Of a stretch of 64,000 nt of DNA, positions 8,992 to 18,795 are shown piece by piece. A program made the translations under genes and the position numbers. Location: NCBI GenBank assembly GCA_963748815.1, contig CAVVKJ010000010.1:864001-928000 (forward strand), written 5' to 3'. Below the pieces are notes generated by a model. That model ran no database searches. It worked only from the letters and a program-made list of their open reading frames with translations, and had not been told where the DNA came from. This DNA comes from an uncultured Gemmatimonadales bacterium. GTDB lineage: Bacteria > Gemmatimonadota > Gemmatimonadetes > Gemmatimonadales > GWC2-71-9. Each line of letters starts with the position of its first letter. Positions within the stretch are counted from its first letter, which is position 1.

Positions 8992-10698
8992 GTGCACCTT
9001 CGCCACGCCGCCCTCGCGCTGTTGATTGCCCTGCCCGCCTGCGCCGGTCCCCAGCCTTCGGGCGTCGCCGAGGGGTGGAGGTTTGCGGGCCAGGCCCGCG
9101 TGACCGACGCGGCCAACGCCGTCGTCGTGTCCGGCAGCCCGATCGCCAGCCAGGTCGGACGGGACATCCTGCAGGCCGGCGGCAACGCGATCGACGCCGC
9201 GGTGGCGGTCGGATTCGCGCTGGCGGTGGTCCATCCCGAGGCCGGCAACATCGGCGGAGGCGGCTTCCTGATGTACCGGGAGGCCGGCGGCGCCGTGTAT
9301 TCGCTCGACTACCGCGAGGAGGCCCCCTCGGGCGCCAGTCGCGACATGTACCTCGAACCCGATGGCGACGTGTCCGACCTCAGCGTCACCGGCGCACTGG
9401 CCGCGGCCGTGCCCGGATCACCGGCAGGGCTGGTCGAAATGCACCGGCGGTTCGGGAAGCTGCCGTTTGCGCAGGTGATCAACCCCGCCATCCAGCTGGC
9501 CAACGAGGGGTACGTGGTCGACGACTACCGCCGCGAGTCGATCGGTGACGAGATGTCGCGGCTCTATCTCTTCCCGGCCTCCCGCGCGCAGTTCCTGCCC
9601 AACAACCAGCCGCCGGTCGTCGGCAGCACGCTGGTGCAGCAGGATCTGGGCAGGACGCTGGAGCGGATTCGCGACAAGGGAGCGGCCGGGTTCTACACCG
9701 GACCGACCGCCGACCTGATCGTGGCCGAGATGGAGCGGAGCGGCGGGATCATCAGCCACGCCGACCTCGCCGCCTACAAGACGTACTGGCGCGAGCCGAT
9801 CGTGATTCCCTATCGCGGCGACACCATCTACTCGATGCCGCCGGCCAGTTCGGGCGGCACCACGATGGGGATGATCCTGAACATGATGGAGGGGACCACG
9901 CCCCTTCCACCCTTTGGTTCGGCGGCCCTCATGCATCTCGAGGCCGAGGTCATGAGCCGGGCCTTCATGGACCGGAACGCCTACATGGGCGACCCCGGGT
10001 TCGTGCACAATCCGGTCGACCAGATGCTGTCGCAGAGCTACGCCGACGAGCGGCGCGCCACGATCGACCCGAAGCACGCGTCGAAGACCGGCGAGGTGCT
10101 GCCGGGCCTGAAGGACGGGCCGTCCACCACCCACTACTCCATCGTGGATGCGGACGGCAACGCGGTGAGCATCACCACCACGCTCAACAACAGCTACGGC
10201 AGCGCCGTGACGGTGACCGGCGCCGGATTCCTGCTCAACGACGAGATGGACGACCTGGCGAGCGCCCCCGGCAAGCCGAACATGTACGGGCTGGTCCAGG
10301 GCGACTCCAACGCGATCCAGCCAGGGAAGCGGCCCCTCTCGGCGATGACGCCGAGCTTCGTCGTGGCGGACGACGGACAGCTGATGATGGTCGTGGGCAC
10401 CCCGGGCGGCCCGCGGATCATCACGATGGTCTATCACGTGATCAGCAATGTGCTGGACCACCAGATGTCGCTCTCCGACGCGGTGACGGCGCCACGGCTC
10501 CACCATCAGGGACTGCCGAACAGCATCCGGATCGAGCGGGGCGGATTTTCACCCGCTGTCATCGCCCAGCTCGAGAAGATGGGGCACGAGGTGAACGAGG
10601 GGGGCTACACCGGTGACGTCGAGGCGATCATCCGCACCCCCACCGGGTGGCAGGGGGTGAGCGATCCGCGGCTGGGAGGGGGAGGGGCCGGTTACTAG
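8992..10698 (+). CDS. ggt: Gamma-glutamyltransferase
   Basis: GGNAIDAAVA, LDYREEAP, STTHYS (nucleophile Thr), LLNDEMDD, PGKRPLSAM, GTPGG; lipoprotein-like signal. Confidence 0.95.
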   Translation: MHLRHAALALLIALPACAGPQPSGVAEGWRFAGQARVTDAANAVVVSGSPIASQVGRDILQAGGNAIDAAVAVGFALAVVHPEAGNIGGGGFLMYREAGGAVYSLDYREEAPSGASRDMYLEPDGDVSDLSVTGALAAAVPGSPAGLVEMHRRFGKLPFAQVINPAIQLANEGYVVDDYRRESIGDEMSRLYLFPASRAQFLPNNQPPVVGSTLVQQDLGRTLERIRDKGAAGFYTGPTADLIVAEMERSGGIISHADLAAYKTYWREPIVIPYRGDTIYSMPPASSGGTTMGMILNMMEGTTPLPPFGSAALMHLEAEVMSRAFMDRNAYMGDPGFVHNPVDQMLSQSYADERRATIDPKHASKTGEVLPGLKDGPSTTHYSIVDADGNAVSITTTLNNSYGSAVTVTGAGFLLNDEMDDLASAPGKPNMYGLVQGDSNAIQPGKRPLSAMTPSFVVADDGQLMMVVGTPGGPRIITMVYHVISNVLDHQMSLSDAVTAPRLHHQGLPNSIRIERGGFSPAVIAQLEKMGHEVNEGGYTGDVEAIIRTPTGWQGVSDPRLGGGGAGY

Positions 10699-10760
10699 GC
10701 GGGGAAGCAACCTGGCGGGGACGCGGGGAAGTGGCCCTCCCCGCATCCCCGCTTTCCCGC
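10699..10760. repeat. Inverted 8-bp-period repeats between convergent genes (possible bidirectional terminator)
   Basis: GCGGGGAA/GCGGGGAC units followed by TCCCCGC/TTCCCGC units. Confidence 0.7.
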
Positions 10761-11543
10761 CTACTTCGCGGTAAACGCCTCCGTCACGGTCATCGTGACC
10801 TTGGCCCCCGGGTAGACTGTGATGTCCTGGTCACCGGTTTCGTTGGCCACCGCCGCGCCGCCCGCGGCACCCACCGCACCACCGACGATGGCGCCGGTCG
10901 CATTGCCACCGATCGCCTTGCCGAGGAGGGCACCGGCGGCGGCGCCGGCGCCGACCTTGGCCGCCGTCCCGCCTGTGATGCCCCGCCCCTTCAACGTGTA
11001 GTCGAGGTGGTCCACCTTGCCGGCGATGGGGTAGCTGGTCCCGCCGATGATGACCGAGACGAGCGACGCCGAGAAGGTCTCCTTGCCGCCCTTGGTGGGG
11101 GCGGACTTGAACTGGTCGAGGCGGATGTTGACGGTCGAGCCCGCCGGAATGACGAGGCGGCCATCGGCCGACATCACGTCCATGCCGACCTTGGCCTGCA
11201 TCATGGCCCCGGACTTCGTGGTCCGCGAGGTCACCGTGTCGGGCACGGTGGCGGCGAAGGTGGCGCCGGCGGCGAGTTCCGCCGGCGGCGCGGGAGCCAC
11301 CGGCTTGGGCGCGGGCTTCGGGGTGGTCGACTTCGGCGTGGCGGCCTTGGGGGTCGCGGCCGTCGTCGTCGCCACCGGGGCCTGAGCCGTGGTGCCGGCG
11401 GTATCGGCCATCGGGTTGGTCGAATCCTGTTGGGCGAGCTGGAGGTCCCGGCTCAGGCTGTCGGCGACGGCGGCGTCGGACTTGTCACCCCCTCCGCAGG
11501 CGGCGAGGCTGAGGACAGCGAGCACAGCGAGTAGATTGCGCAT
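10761..11543 (-). CDS. Lipoprotein with Pro/Ala/Lys linker and glycine-zipper C-terminal domain
   Basis: MRNLLAVLAVLSLAAC lipobox; GAGAAAGALLGKAIGG...GAIVGGAVGAAGG. Confidence 0.75.
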   Translation of the reverse strand: MRNLLAVLAVLSLAACGGGDKSDAAVADSLSRDLQLAQQDSTNPMADTAGTTAQAPVATTTAATPKAATPKSTTPKPAPKPVAPAPPAELAAGATFAATVPDTVTSRTTKSGAMMQAKVGMDVMSADGRLVIPAGSTVNIRLDQFKSAPTKGGKETFSASLVSVIIGGTSYPIAGKVDHLDYTLKGRGITGGTAAKVGAGAAAGALLGKAIGGNATGAIVGGAVGAAGGAAVANETGDQDITVYPGAKVTMTVTEAFTAK

Positions 11544-11619
11544 GTTCGAACTCCTATGGGGGCGGCTTGCCGGTCGCTTCTGCAACCGACGACATTGAGC
11601 AGATGAGAACCCGAAATAT

Positions 11620-13368
11620 ATGTTGAGGCACCTCCGGGCGCTTGTGCCCTACCTCACAAGATACAAATCGAGGTACGCCGCCGGGATGGTGTGCGTGGTG
11701 GTGTCCAACGGGCTGATCACCCTCGGTCCCAAGATCCTGGAGCACGGGATCAACCTGATCGATGGTGGCGGTTCCACCGGGGCGGTCGGCCGCGCCGCCC
11801 TGCTGCTGGTCGGCGTCACCCTGCTCGGCGGTACGGCGCGCTTTGGGATGCGGCAGCTCCTCAACAGCGGCAGCCGGTGGGTCGAATACGACCTCCGGAA
11901 CGACCTCTTCCGCCAGCTCGAACGTCTGAGCCCGTCGTTCTACGACCGCTCCTCCACCGGCGACCTGATGGCGCGCTCCACCAACGACCTCCTCGCCGCG
12001 CGGATGGCGGCAGGTCCCGCGCTGATGTACATGGTGGACACCGCCGTCCGCGTCGCGATGGTCCTCCCCGCCATGGTGGCCATGAGCCCCCGGCTCACCG
12101 CGCTGGCGCTGCTGCCGCTCCTGGGCCTGCCGGTGGTGATGATCTCGCTCGGGCAGCAGATCCACCGGCGGTCGCTGGCCATCCAGGATCAGTTCGGGAC
12201 GATCACCGCCCACGTGCACGAACACATCTCGGGGCTGCGCATCGTGCGCGCCTACCGGCAGGAGGCCGCGGAGACGGCGGAGTTCCGGCGGTTGAACGAC
12301 GAATACCGGGTGCGCAACATTGCCCTGGCCAAGGCGCAGGGGGCGTTCCACCCCTTGCTGGCGCTCCTCGCCGGGCTCGGCGGTGTCGTGGTGCTGGCGG
12401 TCGGCGGCCGGCTCGTGATGGCGGGAACGGTCAGCGTCGGCGAGTACGTGGCGTTCGGCGTCTACCTGATGATGCTCGCCTGGCCGCTGATCGCCCTGGG
12501 GTGGGCGGTGACGCTCGTGCAGCGCGGTGAGGCGGCGATGGGACGGATCAACGCGCTCTTCCACGAGCGCCCCGCCATCATCTCGCCGACCAATCCTGCG
12601 CTGTTGCCGCCGCGGCGCGGCGCGCGGAGCATCGCGCTCGACCGGGTGTGGTTCAAGTACCCGGCCGCCGAGGACCGGGGATGGGTGCTGCAGGATGTCT
12701 CCTTCGAGGTGAAGCCGGGTCAGTCGCTCGCCATCGTGGGCGCCACCGGCTCCGGGAAGTCGACGATCGCCGAGCTCCTGGCACGGAGCTACGACCCCGA
12801 TCGGGGGCGGGTGCTGCTGGACGGGCTGGACATCCGGACCATCGCGCTGGAAGAACTGCGGCAGAATCTCGGCGTCGTGCCCCAGGAGACCTTCCTCTTC
12901 AGCGCCACGGTGCGGGAGAACATCCTCCTCGGCGCCCCCGACGACGGGCGACTCGACCGGGTGGCCGAGGTGTCGCAACTCTCGGAGGCGCTCCCCGACC
13001 TGCCCGATGGGTACGACACGATGCTGGGCGAGCGCGGCATCAACCTGTCGGGCGGGCAGAAACAGCGCGCTTCGATCGCCCGGGCGCTGGCGCAGGATCC
13101 GCCGGTGTTCATCCTCGACGACGCCCTGAGCGCCGTCGATGCGCATACCGAGGCGCGCATCCTCGCGGGGCTCCGCGACGCCCTGGCCGGCCGCACCAGC
13201 GTGATCATTTCCCATCGGCTGGCCGCGGTGCGGGACGCCGACTGGATCATCGTGCTCGACGGCGGCAAGATGGTGGAAGCAGGCGTTCACGCCGACCTGC
13301 TCGCGGCCGGTGGGCGATATTGGGAGTTACTGCGCCGGCAGGAAATCGAGGAGCAGCTGGAGGTGTGA
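11620..13368 (+). CDS. ABC exporter, fused TMD-NBD (MdlA/YheI-like)
   Basis: GATGSGKS, LSGGQKQR, ILDDALSAVD, ISHRL. Confidence 0.93.
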   Translation: MLRHLRALVPYLTRYKSRYAAGMVCVVVSNGLITLGPKILEHGINLIDGGGSTGAVGRAALLLVGVTLLGGTARFGMRQLLNSGSRWVEYDLRNDLFRQLERLSPSFYDRSSTGDLMARSTNDLLAARMAAGPALMYMVDTAVRVAMVLPAMVAMSPRLTALALLPLLGLPVVMISLGQQIHRRSLAIQDQFGTITAHVHEHISGLRIVRAYRQEAAETAEFRRLNDEYRVRNIALAKAQGAFHPLLALLAGLGGVVVLAVGGRLVMAGTVSVGEYVAFGVYLMMLAWPLIALGWAVTLVQRGEAAMGRINALFHERPAIISPTNPALLPPRRGARSIALDRVWFKYPAAEDRGWVLQDVSFEVKPGQSLAIVGATGSGKSTIAELLARSYDPDRGRVLLDGLDIRTIALEELRQNLGVVPQETFLFSATVRENILLGAPDDGRLDRVAEVSQLSEALPDLPDGYDTMLGERGINLSGGQKQRASIARALAQDPPVFILDDALSAVDAHTEARILAGLRDALAGRTSVIISHRLAAVRDADWIIVLDGGKMVEAGVHADLLAAGGRYWELLRRQEIEEQLEV

Positions 13369-13369
13369 G

Positions 13370-13430
13370 GGCAGCGGGGCAGCGGGGCAGGGGCGCGGGG
13401 CTGCGGGGCAGCGGGGCGCGGGGCTGCAGG
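13370..13430. repeat. Degenerate 8-bp tandem repeat (GCAGCGGG/GCGGGGCA)
   Basis: Read directly. Confidence 0.7.
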
Positions 13431-13448
13431 GAGCCGATGGTGCTCAAG

Positions 13449-13517
13449 CCGTCATTCCCGGCGCAAGCGTGGAATCCATTTGAATGGAGTGCGTGGACCC
13501 CGGCGTTCGCCGGGGTG
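13449..13517. repeat. REP-like inverted pair, same family as 3491-3658
   Basis: GTCATTCCCGGCGCAAGCGTGGAATCCA ... TGGACCCCGGCGTTCGCCGGGGTG. Confidence 0.75.
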
Positions 13518-13554
13518 CAGTCGCATCCCGCGATCAGCATGACCGGAGCAGTGC

Positions 13555-14280
13555 ATGAAGAAACCAGAACCGATCACCACCGGCGCAGTAATCCTCGCCC
13601 TCGGCATCGCCGCCGCCGGGTGGCTGGCCGGCGCCGGCCTGGCCGCCAGCCGCACCGCCGACCGGTACGTGACGGTCAAGGGCATCTCGGAGCGCGACGC
13701 GCAGGCCGACCTCGCCCTCTGGCCGCTTCGGCTGGTGGTGAGCGACAACGACCTCAACCGGGCCTACACCCGACTCTCCACCCAGCTCGGGCAGGTGCGG
13801 GTCTTCCTCGCCCGGCAGGGCATCGACACCTCCCTCGTCGAGCTGCAGGCCTTCTCGGTCAGCGATGCCTACACCAACCAGTACCGCAATTCCGACGCGG
13901 TGACCCGCTACGTCATCAACCAGACCCTGATGGTGCGGAGCAGCGATCCCGGCCGGGTGCTGGCGGCCAGCCAGAAGGTCGGGGAACTGGTGCAGGCGGG
14001 CGTGGTATTCTCGTCGGGGCAGGAGTACGGCGGTGGCGGACCGACCTTCGTCTTCTCCGGCCTGAACGACCTGAAGCCGCAGATGATCGCCGAGGCGACC
14101 GGCCGTGCCCGCGAGGCCGCCGACCAGTTCGCCACCGACTCCAAGAGCCACCTCGGCGGCATCCGCCGCGCCAACCAGGGGGTCTTCGAGATCCTGGCGC
14201 GCGACCAGGCGCCCGGCATCAGCGAGCAAGGCCAGATTTCGAAGCGGGTACGGATCGTGTCGACAGTAGAGTATTTCTAG
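13555..14280 (+). CDS. SIMPL (DUF541) domain protein
   Basis: DRYVTVKGISER..ADLALWP, LKPQMIAEAT..AREAA.QFA.DS, LGGIRRANQGVF, KRVRIVSTVEYF. Confidence 0.88.
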   Translation: MKKPEPITTGAVILALGIAAAGWLAGAGLAASRTADRYVTVKGISERDAQADLALWPLRLVVSDNDLNRAYTRLSTQLGQVRVFLARQGIDTSLVELQAFSVSDAYTNQYRNSDAVTRYVINQTLMVRSSDPGRVLAASQKVGELVQAGVVFSSGQEYGGGGPTFVFSGLNDLKPQMIAEATGRAREAADQFATDSKSHLGGIRRANQGVFEILARDQAPGISEQGQISKRVRIVSTVEYF

Positions 14281-14348
14281 ACTGAGGACGGGACTGAGGA
14301 CTGAGGACTGAGGACTGAGGACTGAGGACTGAGGACTGAGGACTGAGG
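14281..14348. repeat. 7-bp tandem repeat (ACTGAGG), about 9 units
   Basis: Read directly. Confidence 0.95.
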
Positions 14349-14382
14349 CCCGAAGGTAACCCCCTGCCCATGGAGCCGTCAC

Positions 14383-15950
14383 ATGAGACGAATCGTCTTG
14401 ATTGCGTTGGTTGCTGGACTCGCGCTGGCCCCTGCCGCACACGCCCAGAAGGCCGCCAAGAAGCCCGGCGGCAAGCCCAACATCCTGGTCATCTGGGGTG
14501 ACGACATCGGGTACTGGAATATCAGCGCCTACAACCTCGGTCAGATGGGCTACAAGACGCCCAACATCGACCGGATCGCTCGCGAGGGCGCCCTCTTCAC
14601 CGACCTGTACGGACAGCAGAGCTGCACGGCGGGACGCGGCGCCTTCCTGACAGGCCAGAGCCCCTTCCGGACCGGCCTGCTCAAGGTGGGACTTCCGGGC
14701 GCCAAGGAAGGGCTCCAGCCGCAGGATCCGACCATCGCCGAGCTCCTGAAGCCACAGGGGTACGTGACCGGCCAGTTCGGCAAGAACCACCTTGGCGACC
14801 TCGACGCGATGCTCCCCACCATGCACGGCTTCGACGAGTTCTTCGGGTCGCTCTACCACCTGAACGCCGAGGAAGAGCCCGAAGACCCCGACTACCCGAA
14901 GGACCCGGCGTTCCGCGCCAAGTACGCGCCGCGCGGTGTGCTCCACACCTGGGCCGAGCCGAACGGAACCCAGCGGATCGAGAACACCGGCCCGCTCACC
15001 AAGAAGCGGATGGAGACGATCGACGAGGAGTTCGAGGCGGCGGCCAGGCACGTTCATCACCAACGCCTCCAAGGGCGACAAGCCGTTCTTCGTCTGGTTC
15101 AACTCCACCCGCATGCACATCTGGACCCACCTCCAGCCCAGAGCGACGGCGTCACCGGCCTGGGCGTCTATCCCGACGGCATGGTCGAGCACGACGCGCA
15201 TGGTCGGCCGACTGCTGAATCTGCTCGACAGCCTTGGCATCGCCGACAACACGATCGTGATGTACTCCACCGACAACGGCGCCGAGAAGTTCTCCTGGCC
15301 CGACGGCGGGACGTCGCCCTTCCGGAACGAGAAGGCCTCGAACTGGGAAGGCGCGTACCGCGTCCCGGGCATGATCCGGTGGCCCGGCACCATCAAGCCG
15401 GGCACGGTGCTGAACGACATCGTGTCGCACGAGGACTGGGTGCCGACGTCTGGTGTCGGCGGCCGGGCAACCCGAACGTGAAGGAGCAGCTGCTGACCGG
15501 ATACCAGGCCGCGGGCAAGACCTTCAAGGTCCACCTCGACGGGTACAACCTCACGGACTATCTGAGTGGGAAGGGCGCGGACCCGCGGAAGGACTTCTTC
15601 TACTTCAACGACGACGGGTCGCTCGTCGGGCTGCGGTACAACCAGTACAAGGTCGTCTTCGCCGAGCAGCGGGCGACAGGGCTCGACGTGTGGCAGGACC
15701 CGTTCGTGCCGCTCCGGTTCCCGAAGCTCTTCAACCTGCGGTCAGATCCGTTCGAGATCGGCGACCACGAGAGCATCAGCTACGACAAGTGGCGGGTGGA
15801 GCACGTCTTCGTGCTGGTGCCGGCCCAGGCAGTACGTGGCCAAGTTCCTTGGCACCTTCAAGGACTTCCCGCCGCGCCAGAAGGCCGGCAGCTTCTCGGT
15901 CGATGAGGTGCTGCAGACGCTGCCAGAATGCGAATCAGCAGAGCAACTGA
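14383..15950 (+). CDS. Arylsulfatase (Cys-type), split by several frameshifts in this sequence
   Basis: PNILVIWGDDIG, SCTAGR, GKNHLG, STDNGAE, WEGAYRVP, HLDGYN, LFNLRSDPFE spread over the three + frames. Confidence 0.85.
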
Positions 15951-15951
15951 C

Positions 15952-16035
15952 GAGGACTGAGGACTGAATCCTGAGGGCTGGGGATTGGGGACTGAGGGCG
16001 AAACCGCTTCCTCTCCGTCCCCAGTCCCCAGTCCC
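15952..16035. repeat. Inverted 7-bp-period repeats between convergent genes
   Basis: GAGGACT/GGGGACT units, then GTCCCCA units. Confidence 0.75.
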
Positions 16036-16036
16036 G

Positions 16037-16765
16037 TTACAGCCTTCCCTTCAGGAACTCGGGCGTGAGTGACTGCAGCCACCCCGCCATTCTCGTGAAC
16101 TCCCCGGTCACCATCAACAGCCCGACGAGGATCAGCAGGAGTCCGCTCGCGCGCATGACCCACGGCAGGTACTTGCGGAACTTCTGGAACCAGTCGAGGA
16201 ACGCCTCCATGGCCCACGCCGCCGCCAGGAACGGCACCGCGAGGCCGGCGGAGTAGGCGCCGAGCAGCGCCATCCCCTGCCCCACGTCGCCCTGGGTAGC
16301 GGCCATGCCGAGGATCCCGCCGAGGATCGGCCCGATGCACGGGGTCCACCCCGCCGCGAACGCCATCCCCACCAGGACCGACCCGAGATAGCCAATCGGC
16401 TTCCGATCCAGATGCACCCGCTGCTCCATCTGCAGGAAGCGGAACTTGAAGACCCCCATCGCGTACAAGCCGAAGAGGATGATCAGCACGCCGCCCACCC
16501 GCTGGAGCCAGACCTGGTAGTACTTGAGCGCGGAGCCGAGGGCGGTGGCGCTCGCTCCCAGGATCACGAAGATCAACGCAAAGCCGAAGACGAACAGCAG
16601 CGCGTGGATCATGGCCATCCGGCGGCGGCCGCTCATCTCTTCCAGCGTCATGCCGGTCAGGAAGCCGAGATAGCTCGGCACCAGCGGCAGCACGCAGGGC
16701 GAGAGGAAGCTCAGCACCCCCGCGGCAAAGGCCACGAAAAAGCCGAGGTTGTCGGGAGTGTTCAC
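16037..16765 (-). CDS. ccdA: Cytochrome c biogenesis thiol-disulfide transporter CcdA
   Basis: AGVLSFLSPCVLPLVP and GWTPCIGPILG. Confidence 0.93.
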   Translation of the reverse strand: MNTPDNLGFFVAFAAGVLSFLSPCVLPLVPSYLGFLTGMTLEEMSGRRRMAMIHALLFVFGFALIFVILGASATALGSALKYYQVWLQRVGGVLIILFGLYAMGVFKFRFLQMEQRVHLDRKPIGYLGSVLVGMAFAAGWTPCIGPILGGILGMAATQGDVGQGMALLGAYSAGLAVPFLAAAWAMEAFLDWFQKFRKYLPWVMRASGLLLILVGLLMVTGEFTRMAGWLQSLTPEFLKGRL

Positions 16766-17232
16766 AGCCCCTCCAGGGCGCGGCTCTGGCAGTCACGGCA
16801 GGTGCCGTGCAGCTCGACGCGGTGGGTGCGATAGCGGAAGCGGTGTTCGTCGGCGATGATCGGCAGCATCCGTTCGAGGCGCTCGTTGGTGAACTCCTCG
16901 ACACCGCCGCACGACACGCAGACGAGATGCCCGTGGGAGCCCTGCGGCGTCGCCCCCTCGTACCGCCGGAAGCCGTCGCCAAACTCATGCAGCCGGATCA
17001 GGCCGCTCTCGACCAGGAGGTCGAGCGTCCGGTACACCGTGGCGATGCCGATCCGCTTCCCCTGGCCGGAGAGGCGCTGGTGGACGGCGGCGGCGGTCAG
17101 GTGGTCGGGGGCGGCAAAAATGGCGTGGGCAATCAGGTCGCGCTGCTGCGTGACGGGGAGCCGATGTTCCCGGAGGTAGTGACGGAACCGCTCGAGGAGA
17201 TCGGCGGCCTCAGCCGAGGTCAGGTGCGCCAT
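16762..17232 (-). CDS. Fur-family transcriptional regulator
   Basis: VTQQR, DHLTA, ATVYRTLDLL, HGHLVCVSCG, GTCRDC. Confidence 0.92.
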   Translation of the reverse strand: MAHLTSAEAADLLERFRHYLREHRLPVTQQRDLIAHAIFAAPDHLTAAAVHQRLSGQGKRIGIATVYRTLDLLVESGLIRLHEFGDGFRRYEGATPQGSHGHLVCVSCGGVEEFTNERLERMLPIIADEHRFRYRTHRVELHGTCRDCQSRALEGL

Positions 17233-17614
17233 CGTCCTCGACGGGGTACCACCGCTCCAGCGGAATCTGGACCGGCGGCTCCTCCTCGGTGCGCTTCGGC
17301 ACCAGGGCCACCAGATCCTCGACGGCGTCCACCGGCCCGCTCCCCACCTCCGCGAATTCGGAGGCGAACTCCCCCCGCTTCTTCCCCTTGAGCGTGTGGG
17401 CGTAGCGCGCGGTGTAGATGACGAGCCGGTCGTCCACGACCCGGGAGAGGATGGCGGTGCCGTACTCCTTGCCGTCGCGACGGAAGGGACGGAACACCCA
17501 GAGGCCGTGGAGCTCCGCGACGGTCAGCTCGGAAGCCACCGCCTGGGCCAGCAGCGCCCACCCGTCGCCGACGCCCGGCTCGGGCGGCGTCGTTACCTGG
17601 TAGCCTGTTCCCAT
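17210..17614 (-). CDS. Hypothetical protein
   Basis: Natural-looking distal part of ORF 17210..18193 (LWVFRPFRRDGKEYGTAILSR); fills the gap in the operon. Confidence 0.65.
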   Translation of the reverse strand: MGTGYQVTTPPEPGVGDGWALLAQAVASELTVAELHGLWVFRPFRRDGKEYGTAILSRVVDDRLVIYTARYAHTLKGKKRGEFASEFAEVGSGPVDAVEDLVALVPKRTEEEPPVQIPLERWYPVEDDGAPDLG

Positions 17615-18693
17615 TTTTCCACGTAGAGTCGAAGGACGTGCATGAAGTCCTGAGCGTTGGTGACGACGCCGTAGGCCTGGTGGGTGCCGCGGTCCTTCAG
17701 CTTGTTGACCACGAACTCCGTCTGGTCCACGCAGATGGTCATCAGTTCGGCCGGGACGCCGTCGTAGTGCGTGTGAAAGGCGGGGAGCATGTTGCCCACC
17801 GCGATCGCGTGCAGGGCCGTGGCCACGAAGATGGCGCCGGTGGCCCGCACCGCGTGCTCCCGCATGGCGTCCTGCGCGGCGAGGGAATCCTGGATGACCC
17901 CGGGGAGCGGCCCGTCGTCGCGGATGGAGCCGGCCAGCACGTACGGCACCTTGCTCGTCACCAGCGCGTGCATGATGCCGCTCGTGATGAGCCCCGACGC
18001 GACGGCCTTCTCGATGGAGCCGGCGGCGCGCACCCGGTTGATGGCGCGCATGTGCAGCCCGTGCCCCCCCTCGGTGGGCTGGCCGGTGTTGGACATGCCG
18101 AGGGTGGTGCCGAAGATGGCCGCCTCGATGTCGTGCACCGCCACGGCGTTGCCGGCCAGGACGGCGTGCACGTAGCCGTTGCGGATGAACCACTCGAAAT
18201 CGGCGCGCGCCCGGGAGTGGACCAGCGCCGGGCCCGCCACCCAGAGGACATACCCGCCGCGCTTCTTCTCCTCGCCGATGCGGGCGGCCAGCTCCTCGTA
18301 GTTCACGGGGCGCTCGCGGCTCACCTCGGTGGACATGAAGCGGAACTCGTTGCCGCTGTGCGCGCCCGGTCAGGAAACCGGCTGGTGTGCACGTACACCC
18401 CCTGGCTGCCGTCCTCCGCCTCCCCCATCACGATCTCCGCCCCGGCCTTCAGCCGGCGCGGCTCCGACACCGCCAGCCCGTCGCCCTGGCGGACGATGAC
18501 GCAGTCCATGCGTGGGCGGGCGGGCATGACCCACCTGCCGCCCCCCAGATGGACGTAGGTGGGGAGGTTGGAGGTCGAAAAGAAGTCCTCGGGCAGGACC
18601 CCGTCGGCCGGAAGGGGAGCAAAGCGCGCCGGTGGGCGCCCCGACGAACGGGGCCTTCGTGAAGTCCGGCGGGGTATATCGAGGAGTGGCCAT
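17593..18693 (-). CDS. TIGR00300-like / ArgZ-AgrE C-terminal-like putative ornithine cyclodeaminase (about 2 frameshifts)
   Basis: DGVLPEDFFSTSNLPT, RMDCVIV, FRFMSTEVSRER, GNAVAVHDIE, VLAGSIRDDGPLP, LHAIAVGNMLP, KLKDRG. Confidence 0.75.
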
Positions 18694-18795
18694 AGGTTGG
18701 GGAATCTTAGGGGTGGCCGGGGGGGGATTCAAGGCAGGCCTCGACACGCGCTATATTTCGAGCACTTGTCCCCCTGACTATACGGAGTTCGAATC

